A stretch of DNA of 64,000 bases. Origin: Eledone cirrhosa (taxonomy: Eukaryota). The notes under the pieces were generated by a model. The model was not told the origin of the DNA. It did not search any database and saw nothing but the letters and a program-made list of their open reading frames with translations. The translations under genes and the position numbers were made by a program. The DNA lies in NCBI GenBank assembly GCA_964016885.1, contig OZ024759.1, forward strand, positions 24,862,001-24,926,000, read 5' to 3'. This document shows, in pieces, positions 1 to 13,532 of the stretch; position 1 is the first letter of the stretch, and every line of letters begins with the position of its first letter.

Positions 1-599
1 CCAAGTTTCCTGAAATTCGCCAACACTACACCTAATGTTCCCCCTCCATACACATACACACATGTATATCATGACTCATACACTGTTCACTTTCCTGACA
101 TTTGTACATTATTCTATTTACTATACATGCACCTTTGATGAGTTGTAGTGCACCTGAGCACTGTAGACCCTAATTTCATTATTATTATTATTATTATTTA
201 TGTCTATTTACCACATTGCATGTTACATACTCCCAAGTGATCGTATACATTAGTACCACTACAACTATTACATAAATCATGTCATGCAAATCTACCTTGA
301 CTGGATTTATTTACCATTTTGTAAGAATGATACACTAAGTCCAGAAAATACTATCACTTCCTTGTGACTAGTGTGAAGAAGAAGCACACAAAGTATTTAT
401 TCTATGAAATCATCACCATCATCATAATTACTATTATTATTGCTTTAACAGAGATTGTCTATAGAAAGTGTCTAGCACATCATTGGTAAGATTTCTGGAA
501 ATTTCTACAGCAACATGTGGCCAGATATTTGCTCTCTCTATCTCATTTTACACTCATCATTTCCTGCTCCAGCTGTGCCAATGACACAACCACCTGTCA

Positions 600-1000
600 A
601 GTGTCGTAATGATGTAGCACTGGTGCCACAATAAATTACAGCCAGTACACTCCGCAAAGTGGTAGTGTTGGTGACATGATATAACATAGCCAGTACTCTG
701 TAAAGTGGTAGCATTGGTGACATGATATAACATAGCCAGTACTCTGTAAAGTGGTAGCATTGGTGACATGATATAACACACCATGAAAGGTGGTGTTACT
801 GGTGACATGATAACACACCCAGTACACTCTGTAAAGTGGTAGCATTGGTGCCACAATACAACATAACCAGTACACTCTGTAAAGTGGTAGTGTTGATGAC
901 ATGATATAACACACACTGTAAGGTGGTAGTACTGGTGACATGATAACACATGTAAGGTGGTAATACTGGTGTCACAATAAAACACAGTAGTACAGTGGTT
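600..1000. repeat. About 45-50-bp degenerate tandem repeat derived from a SINE/LINE tail; similar array at 9660-10090 in the opposite orientation
   Basis: Repeated ctgtaaagtggtagcattggtgacatgatataac; runs into an RTE-like tail at 1000-1195. Confidence 0.8.
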
Positions 1001-1543
1001 GGCATTAGAAAGAACATCCATCTAGAAAACCAAGCCAAAAGTGGAGCAAGGTGCAGTCTCTTAACCAGTGTAACTTCAGTACCATGACAACTTGCCAAAC
1101 TGCAGACACCATGGCAACGTGTCTAACCTCAGTACCATGACAATCTGTCTAACCTCAGACACATGAAAAAGATGTTAAATGGTGATGATGATGGCACATA
1201 AGAGAAATATTACTTTAGCAAATGACTAAGAGAGGGTGAAAATGTAATCACCCTCATATATTATTCCAGTAACACAGGGTCCTGTGCTCAGTGAGGGTAT
1301 TACAACTTAGAAAGCTCTCTATGTCTCTCTATATATAAATATAATATTCCTGTAACACATATACACTATGTTATGCAAATATATTATAACTTACAAAGCT
1401 CCCCTCCATTCTCTCTCTCATATATATATATTGCATACAGATCAGCAAAACTGTACAGTCGGGACTTCGCAGAAAAAATAGGTATATATTTGTGTCTATT
1501 ATTTCCATTTATGCTATAATTTGATGTATGTATGTATATGTCG

Positions 1544-1621
1544 GGTCACTCTTGAGTACTACTGGTAATATGTAACCCAGTACAACCTGTTGCATGGTCG
1601 GGTCGTCGGCGACTAAACTGG
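1544..1621 (+). ncRNA. Candidate HDV-like self-cleaving ribozyme
   Basis: P1 ggtca/tggtc; P2 ccagt(1577)/actgg(1617); P3 aca/tgc around loop acctgt; GG for P1.1; P4 tcg-tcgg-cga; J4/2 CTAA. Sits at the element 5' end. Confidence 0.6.
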
Positions 1622-2051
1622 CAACCCCACCAAGTTTACTTGGTGAGGAGGGTGATTTTGGACACCCTGCAGGACAAAAAACAAAACCTGACAAAGAGCA
1701 GGAGAACTCATAAGAGTCAACGGCCATCCAAAAATGTGTAAATATGTATGTACACATGTATTGCGTGGTTAAACCACTGTGAGGGCATTCTTCTAGGAGA
1801 AGGCAACTCAGGAAACTGGAATAACTCTGATATAAAACCTGTGGCTCAGTAGTTACCGATGATGTTGATTTTTGCTTCTTTTCGGGTTATAGCTACTATC
1901 GCTCAGAGAGTGGGATTGGCTCAGTGCACAGTCTTTCCTCACTTTAAAAAATATCTTCACGCACAGGTATTGCACGATAGAATTAATTAATAAGTATTAA
2001 TCATGGTGTATCGTGCAATGGCCATACTCGATAACGAGGGGGCAACCATCA
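1544..2051 (+). mobile_element. Bipartite RTE-derived non-autonomous element (5'UTR joined to 3' tail)
   Basis: Homologous to 21287-21715 plus 19836-20160 on the minus strand. Contains an RTE-type 5'UTR motif ctaggagaagg.aaactc and ends in tggccatactcga.aacgag...ca(a/g)cca(t/c)cat. Confidence 0.65.
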
Positions 2052-4247
2052 TGTATATATATATATATATATATTACTATCTCAGTAACATATGACTTAA
2101 GTGAAGGCATCAACAGTTAAATTGCTCTCTCTATCATCATCATCATATATATATATAATTTATTATTATATATTATTCCAGTAACACAGGTCTCAATATT
2201 AAGAGAAGGTACTAGACAAACTAAAAAATACTGAGTAACATAGACAATGTTTTGACCTACAAAATTGAGACATATTATATATATATATATATATATATAC
2301 ATCCTATAAAATAAGTTTCATATTAAAGAACTCTAATATACTGCTGCTATGTCAGATATAACTGAAGTTGTCCCTACTATAGAAATAGAAATACATTCTT
2401 AGCTGAGCTTGAATGGTCTTCCAGCGCGTCTCCTTCACTATCCTCCAGGGAAACGCCTTCTCTATTCTATCCACCAGGTCCGCGGGGTGGTTAGCGCTTG
2501 GGCTCCCATTTGCTCATAATAGTGAGAGATGGGGAGAGCTGGAGAGACTGAGGCAGTGACATACATGCCTGACATGTCGAAGTTTCTTTCCCATTTTCCA
2601 TATAAAACGTGACACTAATAAGACTTTTTGTACCTCTATTTGTCATTTCTTTGAACTATATATATATATATAGTTATTTAATAAACAACATAAGATAATT
2701 ATTTCATTTACCAAAGGTTTCACGAAGACAGACGAACGATTTCAGACGTCTGTGTCAAGCTTGTCTGTCTTCGTGAAACCTTTGGTAGATGAAATAATTA
2801 TCTTATGTTGTTTATTACATAACTAAAAAGCTCTGTAGACTACATGGAGCAGTCTCCTTTCCTTTACCTTCCCTATGGAAACACTTAATATATATATACA
2901 TATATATATGTCTATATATATATGTGTGTATATGTATATGTATATATACATGTATGTATGTATGTATGTATGTATGTATGTATGTATATATATCATTGCA
3001 GTAAGACAGGACTGTATGTTAAATGAAGGTATCAACTGTTAAATAGCTCTCTGTCTTTCTCTCCCTCTAAATATATATATTATTCCAGTAACACAAAACT
3101 CTATATTAAGAGACGGTACTAGACAAACTAAAGAATACCGGGTAATATAGTAACACAGACAATGTTTTGATCTACAAAACTTAGACATTTTGTCTTCAAA
3201 TCTCAAAAAAAAAAACCCCAAAACAACAACAAAATAAATAAAAGAAAAATTATGATAATAACCAGTAAAGAATATAATAATTGTGGCTTTTAGTTTTGTT
3301 TTTTTTTCTCATATTTTTTTTGATTTTTGTCAAAATTGAATAATTAAAGACTTCATTATTGATTTTTTTTTCATATTCTCTCTTTCATTGTTTTTTTTTT
3401 CTTTCTTTGTTGTTCAATTTTAGTATTGCTTATACATGTGTTAAATACAAAAGAGATATCATAATAATTTAAAAAAAATAATAATGATGATGTCTGACTT
3501 AGGCACAAGGCCAGCAATTTTGGGGAAGGTGAAAGTCGATTAAATTGACCCCAGTGAGTTACTGGTACTTTATTTTATCAATGCTGTAAGGATGAAAGGC
3601 AAAGTTAACCTTGGCAGGATTAATCTCAGAACATAATGGGCCGTAACTCTATGTCATGAAGCATGTTGCCCGATGCTCTACCGATTAAGTCTGCCAATCC
3701 ACCGCCTTATAATAATGATAATAATAAAAATAATAATGGTGTCAGATTTAGGCACAAGGCCAACAATTTGAAGGGAAAAGTGTGGAGGGAGAGAAAAAAA
3801 TCGATTAAAATCAACCTCAGCGCATTACAGGTACTTCATTTTATCGGCCCAACCCTTCCCGTAAGGATGAATAGCAAAGCTAACCTTGGCGGGATTTGAA
3901 CTCAGAACGTGAACAGCAACAGAAAAAATACTGCTTAAGCATTTCTCTGATGCTCTACTAATTCTGACCATCCACCTCCCTTAATAACAATAATAATAAT
4001 GATGATGATGATGATAAAAATAATAATGATAATAATAAAACTTTTCATACAGCAGTAGTCAGCTTTTGTACATAGTTTGTTTTAACTAGCTGAAGAGCAC
4101 TTATCTGACTGGAGAGGGAGGTGCAACACAAGGACATTTTACAAACATCTACATACTTACAGGATGATCTGGCTGCGAAAGTCAATAGCTTTTCTTGGCA
4201 ATTAAAAACTCACAAGGTAAACATCACATAAACACACAGCTTGGCAA

Positions 4248-4327
<80 letters not shown>

Positions 4328-4603
4328 TTACATACATACACATATGTGTATGTGTGTGTGTGTGTATATATATATGTGTGTGTGTGTCTGATGGTAGCTA
4401 TGATGCTTCCATAGGCGATATGCCATATATATATATATATATAATCAAATGATTGTTGGCGGCAAATACAGATCTGTGCTGAGGATGTTGCTGTACTCTA
4501 TCTTCGAATATTGGAGCCGATGTTCTCATCAGGTGTGAAGTAATTCTGCAGGTGTTTCAGTCCATTTCATCGCCACACCAGAACTATTCAGGGTCACCCA
4601 CCA

Positions 4604-4670
<67 letters not shown>

Positions 4671-4838
4671 ATATATTTATATATATACACACACACACAC
4701 ACATATATATGTAGCTTAATGGATAAGTTAATGATTCGAGTGTCGAGGCCTGATCGATATGGATCGCACCTTGAGCTGATCAATCGTGAAACACCCGTCA
4801 CACCTGAATAAACTTAATGATATTCCGACACCTCGTTC

Positions 4839-4897
<59 letters not shown>

Positions 4898-6244
4898 CTT
4901 GTTAAACACAGATTTGTGTTGAGGGTGCAGCTGTACACAGTCTCCAAATGCAGGAGTTAATGTTCTCATCAGGAGGTGAAGTAATTCTGTAGGTATTTTG
5001 GTCACTTCCACCACAGTAAACATCACACATATAGTTAATTCAAGTTTTATAATCAGCTTCCTATAATCCACACCACTAATTATCTTTTAAATATTTCTAT
5101 ATAAAGGCAGGATGTTATTTCATGATTTTAAATAGTTGTTTTTATAATTAAAAAATTTTAATTTTTATGTTCATTCTAAATAGGGAGTTCTGCAAATATT
5201 TCAGATTAGAGGAAGTTTAATATTTATACAGAACAAAAAAAAAATTATAAAATTTAAATTTCTTCCTTCTTTCTTTCCTCATGTATTTTGTTAAACCCCA
5301 ATATTTTCCCCACCCAAAAAGGAAAAGCTACAATTTTAGGGTTGAATTCTACTGAGGTCTGGAAGAATATGAATTATTCAAGATAAGAAAAAGCAGAAAA
5401 CAAAAATCTCAAACAAGCTGTGAAACAATATTTAAATTACAAGGTATCTAACACTATTTTATGAAACTCATGGTATTAGTTACCAACTCTTAACGTCCTG
5501 TATCACATGAAACCACATTAGCCAAACATTCTTAAAAAATACAAAACAAGACTATGATTAGATTACATTACAAATTAGTCTTTACTCTACTACTGCAAAT
5601 TTTCACAACAATCTGTCTTCTAGCAAAGATAAACATTTGACTTAACAAACCCCATTAGGCGAAACATTCTTAAAAATATAAAACTTATATATGAAAACCT
5701 GTATCTAAAACTGCAAATCTCCACAACAATTTATCCACTAGTAAAGATACTATAAATATTTGAATTAACAAACGAGTTTTTAGATATTTTCTGTCAAATC
5801 ATTACAGGATGTTAAGAGTTAATTTAAAGACCATCTCCCTCATATTGGCAGCTTCAAATAAAGTCTTTCTTTAATTATGAAACAACACAGCTCCCATTTT
5901 CAACAAGACTAGTTCTGGTGGTTCGTGGGATTTGTTAACGAGGCTCTATGTATGAAAAAATATGTTGATGAACGATAATAATATACATACATGCACACGC
6001 GCATACACTTGCATGTGCCTGTGATCAGGTATGTGAATGTATGTGTGAGCAGGTGTGTGTGTGCGTTAATCTGTCTGTATATATGTAGAATTTGTCGAGA
6101 TCAGCAGTATATTCATTATTATCTACCCTTTCATAGTTTCAAGAATAAAAATATTAGCAGGAATAAATATGATAGCTTTTTTTGTGTTATAGAAAGACGA
6201 ACTAGGGACAAGGGTTGTTGGCACCAAATTATGATTGGTTCCTT

Positions 6245-6535
6245 GGAGGCACGTAGCCTAGTGGTAAAGGTGTTGGACTTACGATCGTAACATGGGGGGG
6301 GGGGTTCAATTCCTTGACTGGGTTATGTGTTGCATTTTTGAGCAAAACACTTCATTTCACTTTGCTCCAGTATACTCAGCTGAAAATGAGTATAAGGAAT
6401 AGGTGGCGGTTTAACCCTGTGATGGACTGGCGTCCTGTCCAGGGGGAAGTCTTGTACTTTCAGTCACTTCAAGCCATAGAAACCAAGATAACCAACTGGC
6501 TAGATGATTCTCTGGGCTCAAGACAGACTCTATAC
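6245..6535 (+). mobile_element. tRNA-headed SINE, diverged relative of family 1
   Basis: TAGCCTAGTGG A box, GGTTCAATTCC B box, and a central gagcaaaacacttcatttcac block shared with family 1. Confidence 0.7.
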
Positions 6536-6999
6536 TTGTGCTATAGAAAGATAAAGTAGAGACAAGAGTTGTTAGCACCAAAATATGGTTGCTTCTTTGT
6601 GTTATAGAAAGATTAACAAGAGATAACAAACTGGAGACGAGAGTTGTTAGCACCAAAAGAACACCAAGAATTGATAGTAATGACATGTTCACAGCAACTG
6701 ACTTCCACATTATTTCATACTAGTCTATTAGTCGAGAGTTTGTGTGTCAAATCTCTCGACTACACACCTCCATTCATTCCTATCTATCACACATTCATAT
6801 ATCTGATCTATACTAAGGTCTGTGGAGTCTTGTATGTTTTATACGTATGATAAGCATGGTCGGCCTCTGCGGTTTTGACCTTGTGTTGTAGTGCATAAGG
6901 CATATAGCAGACAAAATTATAACTTCTCTTGGAAGCATTAGTAGAAGCTAAATTTCTATTTTCAAAGACAAAACAAAATAGCCAAACACCAATCTGACA

Positions 7000-7510
7000 A
7001 CACTGATCCAAGGATCATTATTAACCTGACAGCACTGATCCAAGGATCATTATTGACCTGACAGCACTGATCCAAGGATCATTATTGACCTGACAGCACT
7101 GATCCAATGATTGTTATTGAATTTCAACACTGATCCAATGATCCAGGTATCAATATTGATCAACACTAATCCAAGGATCTGGGGATCAATATTGATCTGA
7201 CAACGCTGATCTAGGGATCATTGATCCAACAACACTGATCCTTGGATCAATACCAATAAAACTTTGCAACAATACATAAAGAGTTTCCTACTTGTAAATT
7301 ATGGAACAATATGAGTGGATGGCTTTAACTAAAATTACTTAGAGGGTATATTGGTAGTGGGTGACTTTAACTAAATGTATCTTGGTTATACAAGCAGTAG
7401 GTGGTTTTGACTAAATCTACCTTGGGTACATTAGCAGTAGGTGGTTTTAACTAATTCTACCTTGGGTACATTAACAGTGGGTGGTTTTAGTTAAATCTAC
7501 CTAGAGTATA
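7000..7510. repeat. Two adjacent minisatellites (about 33 bp and about 39 bp) downstream of the MGAT2 stop
   Basis: (cactgatccaaggatcattattgacctgacag)n followed by (gcagtaggtggttttaactaaatctaccttgggtacatt)n. Confidence 0.8.
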
Positions 7511-8404
7511 TTTAAAATCTCAGCTGAAGCCACATCAATTATTACTTATAGATTAATAGAAAAAGAAACAAAACAAAAAAAAAAAAAAAACCAACAATGG
7601 CAAGAAGAAAAAAGTGAGATGAAAGTTTCCACAGCCAGGAAAAGGAAGTCAGCAGATATGGTGGTGGTGGAAATAATAATGATAGTAGTAGTAATAATAA
7701 TAGTAGTAATATTAGTAATAATCGAACTAGTAGTAGTAATAATAAAAATAACAATAGTATCAATAGTAGTAGTAGTAGTAGTAGTAGTAAAAATAACAGT
7801 AGTAGTAATTATAATAATAACAATAAAAATAATTTCTGATTTTGAGAAAGGAGGGGTCAATTGAATTGGCCCTTAGTATAAGACATCAACATAAAGAAAC
7901 AAAAACTGAAATACTGCAAGGCATATTTTTGAATCCAGTCGCATCTCTGATTCTGCCAAATCACCGCACTGTTGCTACTGTTGTTATCGTTATAAATTGC
8001 GTTGATTAAAAACTAACGAGAACTGAGTAAAATGGCAGATTAAGAATGACCCTGGTGTAGAATGGAATATCAAGGAGATGAGCAGTTAGAACTATTGTCA
8101 ACAATAGAAAGAATATTTTAGTTATTGGTGGGGATGGGGGCTCAGGAAACAGCCAGGCAATAGTTGTTGTTGTTGTGTTTTCTTCTTATGTAGCGTTACA
8201 TCACAGGATCTTAACACTCCAGCTTTCAGTGGGTCCTTTAGTTCAGCAGAAGAAACTTAATATGTTAATTAAGTTTGAAGAGAGAGAGAGAGAAGAAATC
8301 ACTGACAAAAGCTATCTCTCTCTATCTCTTTCGTCTCTCTCATATTTGTTGTAATTATAGGGATAATGGTTGAGTTGATTGTGTAGCTGTCAACCCTAGC
8401 ATTA

Positions 8405-8752
8405 AACAACGTTATGATAACATCAAATAATGTTAGACAACGTCAAATAACACCAGGCAACGTTAGATAACGCTGGGTAACGTCAGATAACGCCACATAA
8501 TGTTGGGCAACGTCAAACAACATTTAAATAACGCTAGACAACGTCAAACAACACCAGACAGCATTGAATAACGTCAAACATTGTTAGACAACGTTAAATA
8601 ACGTCAAACAACGTCAGATAACGCTAGACAACACCAGGCAGTGTTAAATAACATCAAACAACGTCAAACAGCGTTAAATAACGTCAAAGTCAGATAACGT
8701 TTAGATAATGCTAGACGTCAAACAATGCTAGACAGTGTTGAATAACGTCAAA
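8405..8752. repeat. Degenerate about 10-bp tandem repeat (AACGTYARAY)
   Basis: aacgtcaaac / aacgttagat / aacgctagac units, about 250 bp past the MGAT2 stop. Confidence 0.85.
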
Positions 8753-8996
8753 ACATAGTCAGTTAAATGAGATCACATTTCAAGCTTCTGTCTTGTCGTT
8801 ATGTCATTTTTTTTAGTTGTTTGTGCTGTTATTGTTGTTGTTTCATTTCAGAATCAATGATTTCTTTTCATCAGCCACGACAAGACAGTAAAATGTACGG
8901 AATAGCTTGGTGAATGTTATCAAGAACTGAAGAAAAACAAAACCAAACAAAAACAAACGAAACCAATAGAAATAGTCTATGTAGAACCCAGAAGTG

Positions 8997-9252
8997 TTAA
9001 GACCTTGTGATATTTGGGTTCTTAATGAAACTCAGTTCTGAAGTGTTTCTATGAATAAAACTGTAACATAATTGTCTGTCTCTGTAGTCACCCCAACCAC
9101 CATTGGGCTTTGGGTCTCGTAGACGTAAGCCAGAAACACCGGCCATTGTGATAACATTGGGGAAAAAATTTTGTTTATTGTCAAGCAGAAGTTTCTCAAC
9201 GGCTTTCTTCTTTACTTCAGGACTGCAGACTTTTCCTTTGTGATGGACACCA
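8997..9252 (-). CDS. MGAT2: MGAT2 coding exon 8 (terminal)
   Basis: Encodes (C)GVHHKGKVCSP...PKPNGGWGDYRDRQLCYSF...TRS* (NGGWGD.RD..LC hallmark); CAG acceptor, TAA stop at 8997. Confidence 0.95.
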
Positions 9253-9376
9253 CTGGAAGACAATAGAAATAAAAATAAAAAAGTAGAAAAGAAAAGATGA
9301 AAAAAAGGACAGCTCCATCTCATCTCAGCAACAGTCCATTTTTTTCTGTTACTAAATGATTTCATAGGATTGTATA

Positions 9377-9409
<33 letters not shown>

Positions 9410-9424
9410 ATATATATATCTACA

Positions 9425-9525
9425 CAGGGTGTCCCAGAAAAAATGTAGACACACTTTGATTACCTGTACAGGCATTATTTATTAGAATGCTGTTGAAGTA
9501 TGTATACATTTTGGGGGACACCCTG
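9425..9525. mobile_element. About 100-bp Tc1/mariner-type MITE; related copies near 22098-22183 and 39188-39272
   Basis: TIR cagggtgtccc/gggacaccctg in a TA-rich context. Confidence 0.75.
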
Positions 9526-10172
9526 TATATTTAATGAATTGGTTGGACGGGTTGTCACATTATGATATAAGTCAGGTGAGGAGACCACGTCTTGCTCATA
9601 CACATGTGTATTTTAGTTTGGTTTCTCTGAGTGGATGCCTTTCCTAACACCAAACACATTACAGTGTGGACTGAGTGCTTTTGATTGTGGCACCAGCACA
9701 GGCACCTTACAGTGTGGACTGGGTGCTTTATTGTTGTGTCACCAAAATGACCCCCTTACAATGTGGACTGGGTGCTTATTATCGTGGCACCAGCACGACC
9801 ACCTTACAGTGTGAACTGAGTGCTTTTTGTTGTCACCAATACGACCACCTTACAGGTGGACTAGGTGCTTATTGTTGTAGCACCAACACGACCACCTTGT
9901 AGGGTGGACTAGGTGCTTTTTGACATGTCATCAACACGACCACCTTGTAGGGTGGACTGGGTGCTTATTATTATGGTGCCAGCACAACCACCTTAGAGGG
10001 TGGTCTAGGTGCTTTTTGTCATGTCATCAACACGACCACCTTACAGAGTGGAATGGGTGGGTGCTTTTTGTCTTGTCACCAGCACAACCACTTTATATAT
10101 ATTTATATATACAATGTATGTATGCATGTATAAAATGCTGAAAGAAGTATAGAAAAGGAGGGAGCTACTCAC

Positions 10173-10297
10173 CATGTTCCCATATGAAATACACGTGTGG
10201 CCTTCATCTTCATTACTTTCACAGTACCAGGGATACACTTCATACTTAAATGCTGTAAGGTCCAATCCCAATTGTAATCATCAAAGTTACAAAATTC
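10173..10297 (-). CDS. MGAT2: MGAT2 coding exon 7
   Basis: Encodes EFCNFDDYNWDWTLQHLSMKCIPGTVKVMKMKATRVFHMGT + TG (FC..DDYNWDWTL hallmark); TAG acceptor, GTGAGT donor. Confidence 0.95.
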
Positions 10298-10350
10298 CTA
10301 CAAGAAATGGTCTAAATTAGTAACCAATTATCATCTAAAAGTTATTTTAA

Positions 10351-10552
10351 TCCTTTAGCATTTAAACAGACCATATCTGGCCAAAATTTCCTCACCTCTT
10401 TCTGCTCAAATCGGCCATAATTGGTTGCTTATACTTATGTTAAGGTATTGCTCTCAAATAAATAATATATATTATGATTCGATATTATGTAAGATAAAGC
10501 TTCTACCATGAAAATATAATAGTATATTTAGAGTAATGTAAATGCTAAAGGG
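10351..10552. mobile_element. piggyBac-like MITE; copy at 36727-37121 with a nested SINE; partial copies near 28760-28880 and 32860-33070
   Basis: Ends (c/t)cctttagcatt ... aatgctaaaggg flanked by TTAA at 10347 and 10553. Confidence 0.7.
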
Positions 10553-12175
10553 TTAATCTTTAACCAGAACAAATCTTGAGAAAATTGACTTGGTTATAAT
10601 TATTATTCCTGTCTCAAGGTTAGCTTTGCCTTTCATACTTACGGGGGTTGTTAAATAAAGTACCAGTAACGTACTGGGATTGCCATAATCGACTTTTCCT
10701 TCTCCACAGATTGCTGGCCTTAAATCTCGCCAAGGTTAACTTTGCCTTTCCTCCTTACGGGGTCGATAAGATAAAGTACCAGTAATACACTGGGTGTTTG
10801 CTGGCCTTGTGCCAAAAGTAGAAACAATTATTAGTGGTTAGCTTTGCCTTTCATACTTACAAGGTCGATAAGATAAAGTACCAGTAACGTACTGGAGTCG
10901 ATATAATCGACATTTCCCTCCACCCAAATTGCTGGCCTTGTGTCTAAATTAGAAATCAATATTACATCTGGAGGTGAAATTTGTTTTTCGTGTTTTGAAC
11001 GAACCTGGGCGCCAAAAACCAGTGTAAATTATGATTCATCGACCCCCAAACTCTTAGTTTCTAACGTGGTTCTTCCAGACGGACGACTGGAGGGGAAGAG
11101 TTAACTAAAAGATGAATAATTTCCGACCGTTTTGAAGATCAAATTCGTTCAAAACATCAAAAACCACAGGAAATCCATAAACATCACAACCAAAAAACTT
11201 TTTTTTAAAATTCGACAAAAGTTATTTCCCTTACCCTTGATACTTAATTATCTCCGTTCGCTACAGTCTCTCCCTCACCACCCACCGACAGCCCCTCTAA
11301 TTCGTCAGTTTACGACGGAAAAATGATGTTGATGATGATTATGATTCAGTGTGTGTATGTGAGAGAGAGAGGGGAAGAGTGTGTGCGCCTGTATGTGAGT
11401 GAATATGTGTGTGTGTGAGTGAGTGAGTGAAAACGATGCATACAGGAAATGTGTAAGAGGTCGTTGTGTATGTGTGTGTCAGTGGGTGTGAATGTGTGTG
11501 TGTGTGTGTGTATGTGAGAGAGTGTGCGTGAGAGTATGTGTGAGTGTGCATGTTGTGTGTGAGAGTATGTGTAATTGTGAGTGAGAGAGTGTGTGTGTAT
11601 GTGTGTGTGATTGTGAGTGTGTATGTGTGTGTGTGATTGTGAGTGAGTGTGTATGACTAAGTAACATAAATCATGTATACAAAAGAAAACCAATCATTCA
11701 CCAATCCATATCTTTAAATGACTTTTATCATTCATTACTAAGTATTATCATTATCATGGATTGGGAGTATCGGTAGAGGGTTGGATGCCATGCTTTCCAG
11801 CATAGTTACGTCCCTTTACGATCTGAGTTCAAATCCCGCCGAGGTTGACTTTGCCTTTCATCCTTACGGGGTCGATAAAATAAAGTACCAGTAATGTACT
11901 GGGTAATTGCTGGCCTTGTGCCTAAAGTAGAAATAATTATCATTATCATCATTGTTGTTTTAAGTCAGCTTTCCACGTTAGCATGGGTTGGACAGGTTGT
12001 CCTGGTTCAAGAAGAGACAGATCACAGTGACATGAATGGTCTCATATTTGGCTTGGTTTCTATGACTGGCTGCCCTTCCAAACGCCAACCAATTTACAGG
12101 GTGTACTGGGTGCTTGGTTTCTATGACTGGCTACCCTTTCTAATGCCAACCACCTTACAGGGTGGATCATGGTCG

Positions 12176-12323
12176 CAGCCAACTTAAAAACAACTAACAT
12201 CTGGAGCCAACTTAAAAACAACCAACATCTGGAGCCAACTTAAAAACAACAAACATCTGGAGTCAACTTAAAAACAACCATCATCTGGAGCCAACTTAAA
12301 AACAACCAACATCTTGAGCCAAC
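12176..12323. repeat. 28-bp tandem repeat x5 just inside the intron after exon 6
   Basis: ggagccaacttaaaaacaaccaacatct units. Confidence 0.9.
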
Positions 12324-12377
12324 TGTATTAAACAGGACAGTTGTAAAGCAATCAATGTGAAACAGAGGAATACTCAC

Positions 12378-12467
12378 CAGTCCACATCTTTTAATATCTA
12401 GCCACATCTGGCGGATAAATGCCATGCCCATGTTGTGTTTAGATGAAACCCAACGAGCAATTTCCAC
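12378..12467 (-). CDS. MGAT2: MGAT2 coding exon 6
   Basis: Encodes VEIARWVSSKHNMGMAFIRQMWLDIKRCGL (W.S..HNMG motif); tttttcag acceptor, GTGAGT donor. Confidence 0.94.
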
Positions 12468-12553
12468 CTGAAAAATATGAAAATAGAAATAAATGAATAA
12501 ATCAAAACGGAAAAGTGGATTTTAGAATATATATGTATGTATGTATGTATATA

Positions 12554-12598
<45 letters not shown>

Positions 12599-13361
12599 AT
12601 ATATATATTGTGTATACCGGCGTACAAGTCGATCAGGCACATAGGTCGTCCCCTAAAATTCTGAGGTGTAATTCAGGTTTAGGCTTATATTCGTCGGATA
12701 AGACAACCCTCCAAAAATGAGGCAGTTGCAGGGGAAATAAATCAAAAAATTTAGTGTTGTGCTAAAGGCTAAGACACTTTCTAAAACACTTCAGTCGCAA
12801 GTGAGTTCTGATTCACTGAGTAAACCAGACTAACCTTAAAAAACTTATAGTAACCTACCCTATGAGCTATGGCAAGTCATTGATATTATTGTAATCTCTG
12901 AGTTAAATAGACTTAACAGATATGAGATTCAGTAGGAAATAATTGTGGTGGGCTGCTTGAGTTATGGTAAGCGGTGTACAATGAGTGTTAGGCAGTCAGT
13001 TTCACTGTTTACCCCTCAGTGGTAAAGGTTCACATTTTATATTTGGCGGACAAGTTAATCCTAGGTTTTGGAGAGATATTTTTAGGCTCCAAATGTCAAA
13101 TTGTACACTGGCATATACGGTACACACACAGATATATATATATATATAAAAGAATTTTTATGTATATACATGGTAATATTTCGGGATTAAATCTCTTTGT
13201 TAAAAGAAAAGTGGAGAGGGACGACAAACTAATTTGGAACAGAGTATCTTGTGTTGTTCTATTTGCATTGCTGTAGCCTTCTAATAAATACAGTATTTTG
13301 TACACTTTACACAATGTTTCAAGCAAACCACATCACTCTCATAGGTAAAGTTTCAACCTAC

Positions 13362-13437
13362 CTTTCCTGCATTCAATGCATAATTTTGTGTTTTGTCATA
13401 ATTTCCTAAAGTAAGAATCCTACAGTCTTTGCAGTCT
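13362..13437 (-). CDS. MGAT2: MGAT2 coding exon 5
   Basis: Encodes (K)DCKDCRILTLGNYDKTQNYALNAGK, homologous to vertebrate ECPECDVLSLGTY; ttttttccag acceptor, GTAGG donor. Phase 2 in and phase 0 out fit both neighbours. Too short to appear in the ORF track. Confidence 0.92.
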
Positions 13438-13532
13438 CTGGAAAAAAGAAAGGTGAAGAGAAAACTGTAAGAATCAACAATAATAATACAATATGTATGT
13501 ATGTGTGTGTGTGTGGTGTATATATACATATA

